From: Gaiellales bacterium
Lineage (GTDB): Bacteria; Actinomycetota; Thermoleophilia; Gaiellales; JAICJC01
NCBI GenBank assembly: GCA_036403155.1
Contig: DASWRM010000030.1
Span: forward strand, 67,527-131,526
DNA length: 64,000 nucleotides
Direction: 5' to 3'
The notes beneath the pieces were generated by a model. The model did not search any database. It was not told the DNA's origin and saw nothing but the letters and a program-made list of their open reading frames with translations. The number at the start of each line of letters is the position of its first letter. Positions within the stretch are counted from its first letter, which is position 1. Below, piece by piece: positions 1 through 14,190 of the stretch. Made by a program: the position numbers and the translations under genes.

Positions 1-192
1 GACCACGAGCACGAGCTCGGCGCCCTCGGCGACCGCCTCGGCGGCCAGCGCGGTTGCGTGCCCCGGTGCCTCGGTGAGGCGGACGTCCACCTCCAGCCCC
101 CGCTCGGCGGCCCGGCGTGCGATCTCCGGCCACTGCCGCGCGGTTCGCCCGTTGGCGGATGCCGGGTTCACGATCATGACCGTGACGGTCAC
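1..192 (-). CDS. Diacylglycerol/lipid kinase family protein (YegS/BmrU-like), N-terminal 64 codons only; the gene runs off the window
   Basis: Hand translation of the minus strand gives VTVTVMIVNPASANGRTARQWPEIARRAAERGLEVDVRLTEAPGHATALAAEAVAEGAELVLVV. This is the typical start of a DAGK catalytic domain (IVNPxSGxG ... T..xGhA). The GTG at 192 overlaps the deoD stop as GTGA; an ATG at 177 is an alternative start. The ORF is open-ended, so it is absent from the ORF track. Confidence 0.6.
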   Translation of the reverse strand, partial: MTVTVMIVNPASANGRTARQWPEIARRAAERGLEVDVRLTEAPGHATALAAEAVAEGAELVLVV

Positions 193-905
193 GCTCGGGC
201 GTCCACCGCCGCGGCCAGCGCCAGCCGGGTCATCCGCTCGACGCCGCGCGTGAGCTCCTCATCGTCGATGCGGGCGACCTGCGTCTCGGCCACCAGGTCG
301 GAGACGGTCAGGATGCACGCCGTCTTGACCGCGCGCAGGGCGCCGATCGTGAACAGCGCAGCCGCCTCCATCTCGACGGCCAAGATGCCGCGCTCAGCCC
401 ATCGCAGGTGACGGCCCGGGTCGGGGTCGTAGAAGGTGTCCGACGACGCGATCGGCCCGACGTGCGGCCGGATCCCGAGCCCCTTGGCGGCGTGGATGGC
501 CCCGTGGGTCAACCCGAAGTGGCACGTGGGCGCGTGCGGCTCTCCGCCCGTGTAGTGCCGGGAGGTGCCGTCCGCCGGTACCGCGGACAGCGCGACCACC
601 GTGTCGCCCAGCTCGAGGAACGGCTGGAGGCCGCCGCACGTGCCGATCCGGATCAGCCGCTCGGCGCCGAGCCCGATCAACTCCTCGATCACGATCGACG
701 CGCTCGGCGTCCCCATGCCGGTCGCCTGCACCGAGACGGGTTGGCCCTCGTACGTGCCTGTGTAGCCGAGCATCCCGCGCTCGCCGTTCACCAGGCGAGC
801 GTCGTCCAGGAACTCCTCGGCGACGTGCCTGGCCCGCAGCGGGTCGCCGGGGAGCAGGACGGCGGGCGCATAGTCCCCACGCTCCGCTCGCAGGTGGACG
901 GGCAT
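189..905 (-). CDS. deoD: Purine nucleoside phosphorylase, DeoD (hexameric) type
   Basis: The last 239 aa of ORF 189..1208 (MPVHLRAERGDYAPAVLLPGDPLRARHVAEEFLDDARLVNGERGMLGYTGTYEGQPVSV..GMG.PS..I...EL...ILAVEMEAAALF) align closely with E. coli DeoD as I recall it. The ATG at 903-905 was verified in the sequence. The upstream 100 codons of the ORF are low-complexity and overlap the divergent gene. Confidence 0.9.
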   Translation of the reverse strand: MPVHLRAERGDYAPAVLLPGDPLRARHVAEEFLDDARLVNGERGMLGYTGTYEGQPVSVQATGMGTPSASIVIEELIGLGAERLIRIGTCGGLQPFLELGDTVVALSAVPADGTSRHYTGGEPHAPTCHFGLTHGAIHAAKGLGIRPHVGPIASSDTFYDPDPGRHLRWAERGILAVEMEAAALFTIGALRAVKTACILTVSDLVAETQVARIDDEELTRGVERMTRLALAAAVDARA

Positions 906-999
906 GGGGGCGGAGCTTAGAGACTCCCGGACGGCGCCGTGCGGCCTTCTGCGGGGGACGGTGTCAAGCGGGGCTCGGTTTTCGCCGATGTTCACTTCC

Positions 1000-2004
1000 A
1001 TGGCCCCGCAGAACCGCTTGCAGGCGCTGCTGGATCTGTCCCGCACGCTTTCGTCGAGCCTCGACCTGTCGGAGGTGCTCGGGCAGTTCACCGACCGCGC
1101 GGCCGCGCTGACCGGCGCCGTGGCCGCCGACCTCTCGACATGGGACCGCGAGCAGGACGTGCTCGTGCAGCTGACCGAGTACCTGTCGCACGAGGATCGC
1201 GTCAGCATCCCCGAGGACCGGCTCTATCCGCTCGCCGAGTATCCCGCCAGCCGTCGCGTGCTCGACGAGCAGGCGCCGCTGCAGATCCGGGTCTCGCGTG
1301 CCGACGACGACCCGCACGAGCGCGACCTGCTCGAGCAGCGCGGCCTACGGTCCCTGCTGATGCTGCCGCTGGTTGCGCGCGGCGAGTCGATCGGCCTGAT
1401 GGAGATCGTCGACACCGACGACAGGGAGTTCGACGCGCATGACGTGGAGTTCTGCCAGGCCCTGTGCGACGTGGTCGCCACGGCGGTCTACAACGCACGC
1501 CTGTACGAGCAGGTCAAGGAGATGGCGCTGCGCGACCAGGTCACCCAGCTCTACAACCGCCACTGCTTCGAAGACCAGCTGGCGGGCGCCGTGGCACGCA
1601 GCCGCCGCAGTGGCGAGCCGCTCGCGCTGCTCGTGATCGACCTCGACGGCCTCAAGCGGATCAACGATCTGGGCGGACATCCGGCCGGCGACCGGGCGCT
1701 CCGCGCTGCGGCGGACGCTCTGCGCGCGTCGTGCCGGCTCGGCGACGTGCCGTGCCGCCTCGGCGGTGACGAGTTCGCGGTGATCCTCCCCGGCGCCGAG
1801 GCGGCCGCCGCCGAGCTGGTCGCAGACCGCGCCCAGCGCCGGCTGCGGGAGCTGGGGAAGGGGCAGTACAGCTTCTCGGGCGGTGTTGCGATGTCCGGCG
1901 ACGAGCTGTCCACCCCGTACGACCTGTACCGGACCGCCGACATCGCCGCCTACCGCGCGAAGACCGCCGGCGGCGCCCGCACGCTGGTGGCCCAGCCCGG
2001 CTGA
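1000..2004 (+). CDS. GAF domain-containing diguanylate cyclase (GGDEF)
   Basis: Starts MAPQNRLQALLDLSRTLSSSLDL (typical GAF N-terminus). The C-terminal GGDEF domain carries RLGGDEFAV, with an RxxD I-site (RLGD) five residues upstream. The ATG at 1000 was verified. Confidence 0.85.
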   Translation: MAPQNRLQALLDLSRTLSSSLDLSEVLGQFTDRAAALTGAVAADLSTWDREQDVLVQLTEYLSHEDRVSIPEDRLYPLAEYPASRRVLDEQAPLQIRVSRADDDPHERDLLEQRGLRSLLMLPLVARGESIGLMEIVDTDDREFDAHDVEFCQALCDVVATAVYNARLYEQVKEMALRDQVTQLYNRHCFEDQLAGAVARSRRSGEPLALLVIDLDGLKRINDLGGHPAGDRALRAAADALRASCRLGDVPCRLGGDEFAVILPGAEAAAAELVADRAQRRLRELGKGQYSFSGGVAMSGDELSTPYDLYRTADIAAYRAKTAGGARTLVAQPG

Positions 2005-2020
2005 GGCTCCATTCAACGGA

Positions 2021-2042
2021 GCTTCCTGACGATTAAGGAAGC
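2021..2042 (+). promoter_or_regulatory. Hairpin (GCTTCCT-N8-AGGAAGC) that pairs the Shine-Dalgarno of the second GGDEF gene
   Basis: A perfect 7-bp inverted repeat in the 39-nt spacer. Its 3' arm AGGAAGC is the SD, 1 nt upstream of the ATG at 2044. Confidence 0.35.
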
Positions 2043-2043
2043 A

Positions 2044-3036
2044 ATGGCGCCCCCCAACCGCCTCCAGGCACTGCTCGAGCTCTCGCGGGCGCTGTCGTCC
2101 AGCCTCGACCTGAACGACGTGCTCACCGTGCTGCTCGACCGGGTCGCGCGCCTGACCGGCGCCACCGGCACGGCGGTATCGCGCTGGGACCGGGAGCGCG
2201 ACGTCCTCGTCACGCTCGTGCACCACTCGCACGGCGCGACCCTGATCGAGGACGAGTCCATTGAGTACCAGCTCTCGGAGTTCCCCTCGAGCGCGGAGGT
2301 GCTGCGCACGCAGCGGCCGATGCAGGTGCGCGCGTCGAACCCGCGCGACGATGCGCGCGAGCGCGACCTGATCGTCTCGCTCGGGTTCCGGTCGCTGCTG
2401 ATGCTGGCGCTCGTCGCGCGCGGCGAGACGATCGGCCTGATGGAGATCGTCGACGTCAACGACCGGGCGTTCACGCCACAGGACGTCGAGTTCTGCCAGG
2501 CGGTGTGCGACGTGGTCGCGACGTCGCTGCACAACGCCATGCTCTACGAGCGAGCGCGGGAGCTCGCGCTGCGCGACCAGCTCACGGGGCTGCACAACCG
2601 CCGGTTCTTCGACGACCACCTGGATGAGGCGATCGCGCGGGCGGCGCGGAGCGGCGAGGGTGTCGCGCTCCTCGTCCTCGACCTGGACGGGCTCAAGGCG
2701 ATCAACGACGTGGGCGGGCATGTTGCCGGTGACGAGGCGCTGCGCGGGGCGGCCGACGCGCTGCGCGCATCGGTCCGCGTCGGCGACCTCCCATGCCGGC
2801 TGGGCGGGGACGAGTTCGCGGTGATCCTGCCCGCCGCGGACGCCACGGCCGCACTGGCGGTCGCCGAGCGCGCCCGGCGCGCGCTGGCCGAGCAGACCGC
2901 GGGAAGGTTCTCGTTCTCGGGCGGCGTCGCGGTCGACATCGCCGGCCGCCCGGCGCACGAGCTGTACCGCCGCGCGGACGACGCTGCCTACCGCGCGAAG
3001 ACCGCGGGCGGCGGGCACACGCTGGCGGCCGCGTAG
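2044..3036 (+). CDS. GAF domain-containing diguanylate cyclase (GGDEF), tandem paralog of the previous gene
   Basis: MAPPNRLQALLELSRALSSSLDLNDVL... is collinear with the upstream protein over its full length. It has RLGGDEFAV with an RVGD I-site. An AGGAAG Shine-Dalgarno sits before the ATG at 2044. Confidence 0.85.
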   Translation: MAPPNRLQALLELSRALSSSLDLNDVLTVLLDRVARLTGATGTAVSRWDRERDVLVTLVHHSHGATLIEDESIEYQLSEFPSSAEVLRTQRPMQVRASNPRDDARERDLIVSLGFRSLLMLALVARGETIGLMEIVDVNDRAFTPQDVEFCQAVCDVVATSLHNAMLYERARELALRDQLTGLHNRRFFDDHLDEAIARAARSGEGVALLVLDLDGLKAINDVGGHVAGDEALRGAADALRASVRVGDLPCRLGGDEFAVILPAADATAALAVAERARRALAEQTAGRFSFSGGVAVDIAGRPAHELYRRADDAAYRAKTAGGGHTLAAA

Positions 3037-3039
3037 CGC

Positions 3040-3843
3040 TCAGCGCGCAAGCGCGCCTATGGCGACGCCCGGCAGCTCGTAGCCGTCATCCGTCCGGAAG
3101 GCCGAGGCGCGCGCCGCGACGTCCGCCCGCAGAGCCTGGACGTCCGCGGGCGCCAGGTCGTGCAGGGCCCGCCCGAGCGACGGAGAGATGTCGCCCATCG
3201 CCCGCCAGTAGTCCTCGACCTGGGCGAACCGCCAGGCGACCGGCAGCTCGCGCAGCTCCACGGACGAGAACCCGGCCGTGCGCAGCATTGCGTCGAGCCG
3301 CTCGCCGTCGGCCAGCCGGTACATCCCCGGCTCGCCAGGGGCGGCCACCTCCGCGAGGCCCCGCTCGATCAGTGGATCCATGATGGTCGTGTTCCAGGCG
3401 TTCGCGTCGCGCGGGCCCCAGACGGCGAGCGCGGCCCGGCCGCCGCTCGTCAGCACGCGCCGCGTCTCCGACAGGGCGCCGACGGGATCGGCCATCAGCA
3501 TGAACGCCCACCGGCACAGCACGACGTCGACGCTCGCGTCCCCGAGGGCCAGCGCCTCGGCGTCGAGCACTGCGAACTCGACGTCCGCCGTCCCCCGCCG
3601 CTCGGCGTTGCGGCGTGCCGCGTCCAGCATCTGCGGGGAGCGGTCGCTGATGATCAGCCGCCCGCCCGGCGCGATCCGCTCCGCCGCGAGCAGGCCGGTG
3701 TCGCCGGCGCCCGCCGCGAGCTCGAGCACCGTCTCGCCCGGCCGCGGCGCAGCCATCTCCACGAGCCCTTCGCTGACCGCCCGCGTGGCGGCCCACATGC
3801 GGTCGGCCTGCCGCTCCCAGCCGCCGGCCGCCGCGTCCCACAT
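3040..3843 (-). CDS. Class I SAM-dependent methyltransferase
   Basis: The C-terminal 267 aa of ORF 3040..5262 contain motif I (VLELAAGAGDTG) and LIISDRSPQML...VDVVLCRWAFMLM. The ATG at 3841-3843 was verified. An in-frame GTG at 3901-3903 is an alternative start. Confidence 0.8.
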   Translation of the reverse strand: MWDAAAGGWERQADRMWAATRAVSEGLVEMAAPRPGETVLELAAGAGDTGLLAAERIAPGGRLIISDRSPQMLDAARRNAERRGTADVEFAVLDAEALALGDASVDVVLCRWAFMLMADPVGALSETRRVLTSGGRAALAVWGPRDANAWNTTIMDPLIERGLAEVAAPGEPGMYRLADGERLDAMLRTAGFSSVELRELPVAWRFAQVEDYWRAMGDISPSLGRALHDLAPADVQALRADVAARASAFRTDDGYELPGVAIGALAR

Positions 3844-3897
3844 CGCCCGGCTCTCGTCGACGCCCTCTGCGGTCGCGTCGCTGGTACCGTCCGGCTC

Positions 3898-4698
3898 GTG
3901 CACCGCCACAGCGTCGCTCGTCCGGGCCGCCGCGTCAACTACCTCGAGATCGGCTCCGGCACGCCGGTGGTGATGGTCCACGGGCTGCTCGGCAGCCCCG
4001 CGTATCTGCTGCCGCTGGCACGCAGTCTGGCCGCTGCAGGCCGCCGCGTGCTGCTGCCCGACCTCCATGGGCATGGTGGGAGCGATCGCCTCACGCCGTG
4101 GCATCTGGACGGCGCGGCCGACGACCTGGCCGCGGCGATGGCCGACGCGGGCGCAGAACGGCCGGCGCTGCTCGGCCATTCGCTGGGCGCGCCCATCTGC
4201 GTCCACTGGGCGGCCCGCCACCCGGTGCGGTCGCTGGTGTGCGCCTCGCCGGTGGGCATGGTGCCGCTCCGTCTCGGCGGCGCCCGCCGGCTGCTGCCGG
4301 CCGCCCCGGTGGCCGCGCGGATGGCGGAGCTGACCGCCCGCCCGCTGGCACGGAGCCGCACCGGCCGACGAGCCGTGTTCGGCGGCTTCGTCGGCATGGC
4401 GGATCCGCACGCGGTGGCGCCGCTGCTCGGCGAGCGCATGATCCGGCACGCCGCGGGCGCAGCGGCGGCGCTGCAGGACTATCTGCCGCAGCTCCACGGC
4501 CTCGATCTGCGCGAGCCCTCCGCCCAGGTCGACTGCCCCTCGCTGACGATCTGGGGCGACCGTGACGTGCACGCCCCGAACGGCGCGCTGCTCACCGCCG
4601 CTCTGCGCGGCGAGGCGCACATCGTGCCGGGCTGCGGCCACATGCCGCCGCTCGAGGCGCCGTTCGCGTTCCGCCGGGCGCTCGACGGCTGGCTGTAG
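3898..4698 (+). CDS. Alpha/beta-fold hydrolase
   Basis: Contains the oxyanion HG (PVVMVHGLLGS), the nucleophile elbow GHSLGA, and a C-terminal catalytic His (PGCGHMPPLE). The start was chosen as the in-frame GTG at 3898; the upstream part of ORF 3160..4698 is antisense to the methyltransferase. Confidence 0.75.
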   Translation: MHRHSVARPGRRVNYLEIGSGTPVVMVHGLLGSPAYLLPLARSLAAAGRRVLLPDLHGHGGSDRLTPWHLDGAADDLAAAMADAGAERPALLGHSLGAPICVHWAARHPVRSLVCASPVGMVPLRLGGARRLLPAAPVAARMAELTARPLARSRTGRRAVFGGFVGMADPHAVAPLLGERMIRHAAGAAAALQDYLPQLHGLDLREPSAQVDCPSLTIWGDRDVHAPNGALLTAALRGEAHIVPGCGHMPPLEAPFAFRRALDGWL

Positions 4699-4701
4699 GC
4701 T

Positions 4702-5241
4702 GTGCCCATGGGAGATGCCTGGCACTGCGCCGCATGCGGGAGCACCGCCGACCTGGCCATGACGCCGGTCGAGGTCGGGCTCGTGCGCCTGGCGGTCGGG
4801 GGCTCGGACGGCTTCCGCCTCGGCAGCTCCGGCATCGAGCACGAGATCGGTCCACTGCTGGAGGCGTGCCCGTGCGGCGGGCGCTTCGTCCCGGGGCCGG
4901 GCCCCGGGCCGGTGGTCGCCGCGACGTTTGCCGTCGACCGGCTGGCACCGGTCGCTGCCGACGGTCTTGCCGCGCTCGAGGCGGCGCCGGAGCTCAGCGG
5001 CCTGCGCGACGCGTGGGGGCCGCGCGCCGTCGCCCTGGCCGGACGGGGTGGCGATCTGGCGAAGGAGGACGTGCTTCGCATTCGTCTCGAGGACAAGCTG
5101 TCCGCGCTGCAGACGGAGGTGGAGCGCGCCACCGCCGCCGGCGACGCCGATGCCGCCGAGACCGCGCACGCGCGCTACATCGAGCTCGGCACCACCTACG
5201 TCCGCCGCTTCGTTCGTCCCGATGAGCCCGCCGCCCGCTGA
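4702..5241 (+). CDS. Hypothetical protein with a putative CxxC...CxC zinc-ribbon N-terminus and a helical Ala/Glu-rich C-terminus
   Basis: ORF with high third-position GC. Motifs HCAACGS ... EACPCGG. No family recognised. An ATG at 4708 is an alternative start. It overlaps the tilS start by 20 nt. Confidence 0.5.
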   Translation: MPMGDAWHCAACGSTADLAMTPVEVGLVRLAVGGSDGFRLGSSGIEHEIGPLLEACPCGGRFVPGPGPGPVVAATFAVDRLAPVAADGLAALEAAPELSGLRDAWGPRAVALAGRGGDLAKEDVLRIRLEDKLSALQTEVERATAAGDADAAETAHARYIELGTTYVRRFVRPDEPAAR

Positions 5242-6151
5242 GCAGCGGGTCGCCGCGTACATCGAGCAGCACGCGCTGCTCCGCCCCGGCGAACCGGTGC
5301 TCGCGCTGGTGTCCGGCGGTGCCGACTCCCTGTGCCTGTGGGGCGTTCTCCGCGATCTCGGCCACCAGGTCGAGGCGCTGCACGTCGAGCATGGCCTGCG
5401 CGGCGAGGACGGGCTTGCCGACGCCGCCTACTGCGCCGCGCTCGGCGCCGAGGTGGCGGCCGTGGACGTCGCCTCGGGTGGCAACATCGAGGCCCGCGCA
5501 CGCGACGCGCGGTACGCCGCGGCACGCGAGCGGGCCGCGGGGCGGCCGATTGCCACGGGCCACACGCTGACCGACCAGGCGGAGACCGTGATCTACCGGC
5601 TGGTGTCGTCATCGGGCCCGCGCGCCCTGCGCGCGATGCGGCCGTCGGGAGCCGGCCTCGTGCGGCCGCTGCTCTGCCTGACTGCGTCCGAGACGCGATC
5701 CTGGTGCGCCGCGCGCGGCCTGCGCCCGCGTGAGGACGAGACGAACCGCGACACCGCCATCCGGCGCAACCTGATCCGCCGGGAGGTGATGCCCGCGCTG
5801 GCCCGCGTCCACCCCGGGGCCGAGGTGAACATCGCGCGCTCCGCCGAGCTGCTCGGCGAGCTGGACGAGCTGATCGGCGAGCTGGCGGCGGAGCACCTCA
5901 GCGACCGCCTCGACGTCGACCGGCTCGCGGAGCTGCCGCGCGGGCTGCGGGTGCTCGTGCTGCGCGAGGCGGCGGAGCGGGCCGCCGGGCGCCCGCTGCG
6001 GCTGCCGCGCCAGCTCACCGGCCGCCTCGAGCAGATGGCAGGGCGCCGAACCGGTGTCGAGCGCCTCTCGCTGGCGGCCGACCTCGAGGCCGTGCGCGAT
6101 CGGACGGCGCTCAGCTTCGGCCCTCCGGCAAGCTATTCTCACGCGCCATGA
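5222..6151 (+). CDS. tilS: tRNA(Ile)-lysidine synthase
   Basis: PP-loop motif LVSGGADS near the N-terminus ([37 protein letters not shown]). It lies immediately upstream of hpt-ftsH, as in other Actinomycetota and Firmicutes. The ATG at 5222 was verified, and its stop overlaps the hpt start as ATGA. Confidence 0.85.
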   Translation: MSPPPAEQRVAAYIEQHALLRPGEPVLALVSGGADSLCLWGVLRDLGHQVEALHVEHGLRGEDGLADAAYCAALGAEVAAVDVASGGNIEARARDARYAAARERAAGRPIATGHTLTDQAETVIYRLVSSSGPRALRAMRPSGAGLVRPLLCLTASETRSWCAARGLRPREDETNRDTAIRRNLIRREVMPALARVHPGAEVNIARSAELLGELDELIGELAAEHLSDRLDVDRLAELPRGLRVLVLREAAERAAGRPLRLPRQLTGRLEQMAGRRTGVERLSLAADLEAVRDRTALSFGPPASYSHAP

Positions 6152-6723
6152 GCTCCGATCTGACGGGCCTCGATCCCGACCAGCTGATCGCCGAGACGCT
6201 CGTCGAGGAAGACGCCCTGCAGGCCCGCATCGCCGAGCTGGGGGAGGACATCTCCCGCGACTACCTCGGCCGGGAGCCGCTGCTCGTGGGCGTGCTGAAG
6301 GGAGCCGTCTTCTTCATGGCCGATCTCGTCCGGCGGATCTCCGTGCCGTGCGAGATCGACTTCATGGCGGTGTCGAGCTACGGCAGCGGCACGGACTCGT
6401 CCGGTGTGGTGCGCATCCTCAAGGACCTCGACGCGAACATCGAGGGCCGGGACGTGCTGATCGTCGAGGACATCGTCGACTCGGGCCTCACGCTCTCCTA
6501 CCTGGTGCGCAACCTCCAGGCGCGCAGGCCCGCCACCCTCGAGGTGTGCGCGCTGCTCACCAAGCCGGAGCGGCGCCGCGCCGACATCGCCTGCCGGTAC
6601 GTCGGATTCGAGATCCCCAACCGGTTCGCGATCGGCTACGGCCTCGATTTCGGCGAGCGGTACCGCAGCCTGCCGTACGTCGCCGCGCTGGATGAGTCGC
6701 GCCTGCCCGACGACCTGATCTGA
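6148..6723 (+). CDS. hpt: Hypoxanthine phosphoribosyltransferase
   Basis: PRPP-binding motif [17 protein letters not shown], about 190 aa, in the conserved tilS-hpt-ftsH context. Confidence 0.92.
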   Translation: MSSDLTGLDPDQLIAETLVEEDALQARIAELGEDISRDYLGREPLLVGVLKGAVFFMADLVRRISVPCEIDFMAVSSYGSGTDSSGVVRILKDLDANIEGRDVLIVEDIVDSGLTLSYLVRNLQARRPATLEVCALLTKPERRRADIACRYVGFEIPNRFAIGYGLDFGERYRSLPYVAALDESRLPDDLI

Positions 6724-6832
6724 CCCGGCCCGGTCAAGTCCCTCACCGGGGCTGCCGATAGACCGGCAGAGGTCAAACCACGGGGCGCCGGCGGGCGTAG
6801 TTCATCAGGGGCGCGCCGGCACGGGCGCCGCC

Positions 6833-6861
6833 AATGAGCCGGAAATTCACCGTGATATCGT
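6833..6861 (+). promoter_or_regulatory. Putative extended -10 promoter for ftsH (AATGAG-N17-TATCGT, with TG at -15/-14)
   Basis: Sequence read directly: AATGAG ccggaaattcaccgTGa TATCGT. This implies a transcription start about 30 nt before the ftsH GTG. The same architecture occurs upstream of clpC. Confidence 0.35.
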
Positions 6862-6898
6862 TCCCAATCACCCCCCAGGCAGGTAGGAACAGCACCCC

Positions 6899-8863
<1,965 letters not shown>

Positions 8864-8874
8864 GCCCGGCGCGC

Positions 8875-8896
8875 CCAGCCGCGCAGTGGCGGCTGG
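8875..8896 (+). terminator. Hairpin after ftsH (8-bp perfect stem CCAGCCGC/GCGGCTGG, 6-nt loop), followed by acggTTTg
   Basis: Inverted repeat read directly from the sequence, 12 nt after the ftsH stop. The U-tract is weak. Confidence 0.45.
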
Positions 8897-8935
8897 ACGG
8901 TTTGCGGGGAGCCGTCTCGCGGGTACGCCGCGGCG

Positions 8936-10926
8936 GTGACCATGCGAGTGGACGGCAGGCGTCGGGCGGTGGTCGAGTCCGTCCGGCCGTCGGCCGGCTG
9001 CGGGCGAGTGCCCGTGAAGCGCGTGATCGGGGACGTCCTCGACGTCACCGCCGACGTGTTCGCGGACGGGCACGACCGCGTCGCCGCCGTCCTGCGGGTG
9101 AAGCACGACGCATGGGGCCGCTGGCGGGAGGTGCCGATGGAGCCGCTCGGCAACGACCGCTGGCGCGCCGAGGTGGAGCTGGACGCGCTCGGCCGCTGGC
9201 GCTACGCCGTGCGCGGCTGGGTCGACCGCTTCGCCACCTGGCGTGACGAGCTCGAGCGCCGCGTCGCCGGAGGGCAGGACGTGAAGGTGGAGCTGCTCGC
9301 CGGCGCGCATCTGGTGGGGGAGGCGGCGGCCGAGGCGCCGCGGCCGGTCGCGCAGACCCTGCGCGTTCGCGCCGAGCGCCTGCTCGCCGCCGGCCGGTCC
9401 TCCGACCCGGCCGACATGGGCGGCGCGCTGGACGAGGAGCTGGCCGCTGTGATGGCCGCGAACGCGGTGCGCCCGCACCCGTGCGAGTCGGGCGAGCTGG
9501 AGCTCTGGGTGGAGCCGCTGCTCGCGCGCTTCAGCAGCTGGTATGAGCTCTTCCCCCGGTCTCTGGGCGGGCCGGGCAGGCACGGCACGCTTAGGGACGT
9601 CGAGGACGAGCTCGAGCGGGTCGCCGGCATGGGCTTCGACATCCTCTACCTGCCGCCCGTGCACCCGATCGGGACGACCGCGCGCAAGGGGCGCAACAAC
9701 ACGCAGAGCGGCGAGCCCGGCGACGTGGGCAGCCCCTGGGCGATCGGCGCCGCCGAGGGTGGGCACGAGGCGGTGCTGCCCGAGCTGGGCACCGTTGACG
9801 ACGTCCGCCGGCTGGCTGCTGCGTGCCGGCGGCACGGCATCGAGCTTGCCCTCGACCTCGCGTTCCAGTGCTCGCCAGACCACCCCTGGGTGACCGACCA
9901 TCCGACCTGGTTCCGGCACCGCCCGGACGGCTCCATCCGGTATGCCGAGAACCCGCCTAAGCGCTACCAGGACATCTACCCGCTCGACTTCGAGAGCGAG
10001 GACTGGGCCGGACTCTGGGACGCGCTGCTCGGAGTCGTCCGCTTCTGGATCGAGCGCGGCGTGAGCGTCTTTCGGGTGGACAACCCCCACACCAAGCCGT
10101 TCGTGTTCTGGGAGTGGCTGATCGGCGAGGTCAAGCGCGTCCATCCTGACGTGCTGTTCCTGTCCGAGGCGTTCACCCGCCCGCGCGTGATGGAGCGTCT
10201 CGCGAAGGCGGGCTTCAGCCAGTCCTACACGTACTTCGCCTGGCGCACATCGAAGTGGGACCTCATGGAGTACCTCGTCGAGCTCACGCAGGGCGAGGCG
10301 GCCGAGTACATGCGGCCGAGCTTCTGGCCGAACACCCCCGACATTCTCACGCAGCAGCTCCAGAGCGGCACACGGGCGACGTTCGCGGCCCGGCTGGTGC
10401 TCGCCGCCACCCTCACCGCCAGCTACGGGATCTACGGGCCGGCATTCGAGCTGATGGAGCGGCGCGCCGCTGCGCCGGGCAGCGAGGAGTACCGCGACTC
10501 CGAGAAGTACCAGCTGCGCAACTGGGAGCCGGGCGTCGACGGCACGCTCGAGCCGCTGATCACCGCGGTCAATGCGGCACGGCGCGACCATCCGGCGCTC
10601 CAGCGCAACGACACCATCCGGTTCCACCGCATCGACAACGACATGCTGATCGCCTTCAGCAAAGTCGATCCGGGGTCGCGCGACACCGTGCTGGTCGTCG
10701 TCAACCTCGATCCCAGCCACACGCAGAGCGGGTGGCTCGAGCTCGACACCGAGGCGCTCGACGTGGAGCCGTCCTCCCCCGTGCAGGTCGTGGACCTGCT
10801 CGGCGGCGGGACCTACATCTGGAGCGGCCGCCGCAACTACGTTGAGCTGCGACCGGCCGATTGCCCGGCGCACGTCTTCCACCTCCGCCGCCACCTGCGG
10901 ACCGAGCAGGACTTCGAGTACTTCGC

Positions 10927-10930
<4 letters not shown>
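8936..10930 (+). CDS. glgE: Alpha-1,4-glucan:maltose-1-phosphate maltosyltransferase
   Basis: GlgE-type N-terminus ([35 protein letters not shown]), a GH13 catalytic core ([17 protein letters not shown]), and about 660 aa in length. Confidence 0.9.

Positions 10931-14186
<3,256 letters not shown>

Positions 14187-14190
<4 letters not shown>

Noticed and set aside
3040-5262. 740-aa minus-strand ORF
   Set aside because: Only the last 267 codons (the SAM methyltransferase) are credible. The rest is antisense to the hydrolase, the hypothetical gene and tilS.
6841-6862. ECF SigH/SigE-type promoter (GGAA...GTT) in front of ftsH
   Set aside because: GGAAA (6841-6845) and GTT (6860-6862) are separated by only about 14 nt, too short for the 16-19 nt spacing of GGAAC/T-N-GTT promoters.
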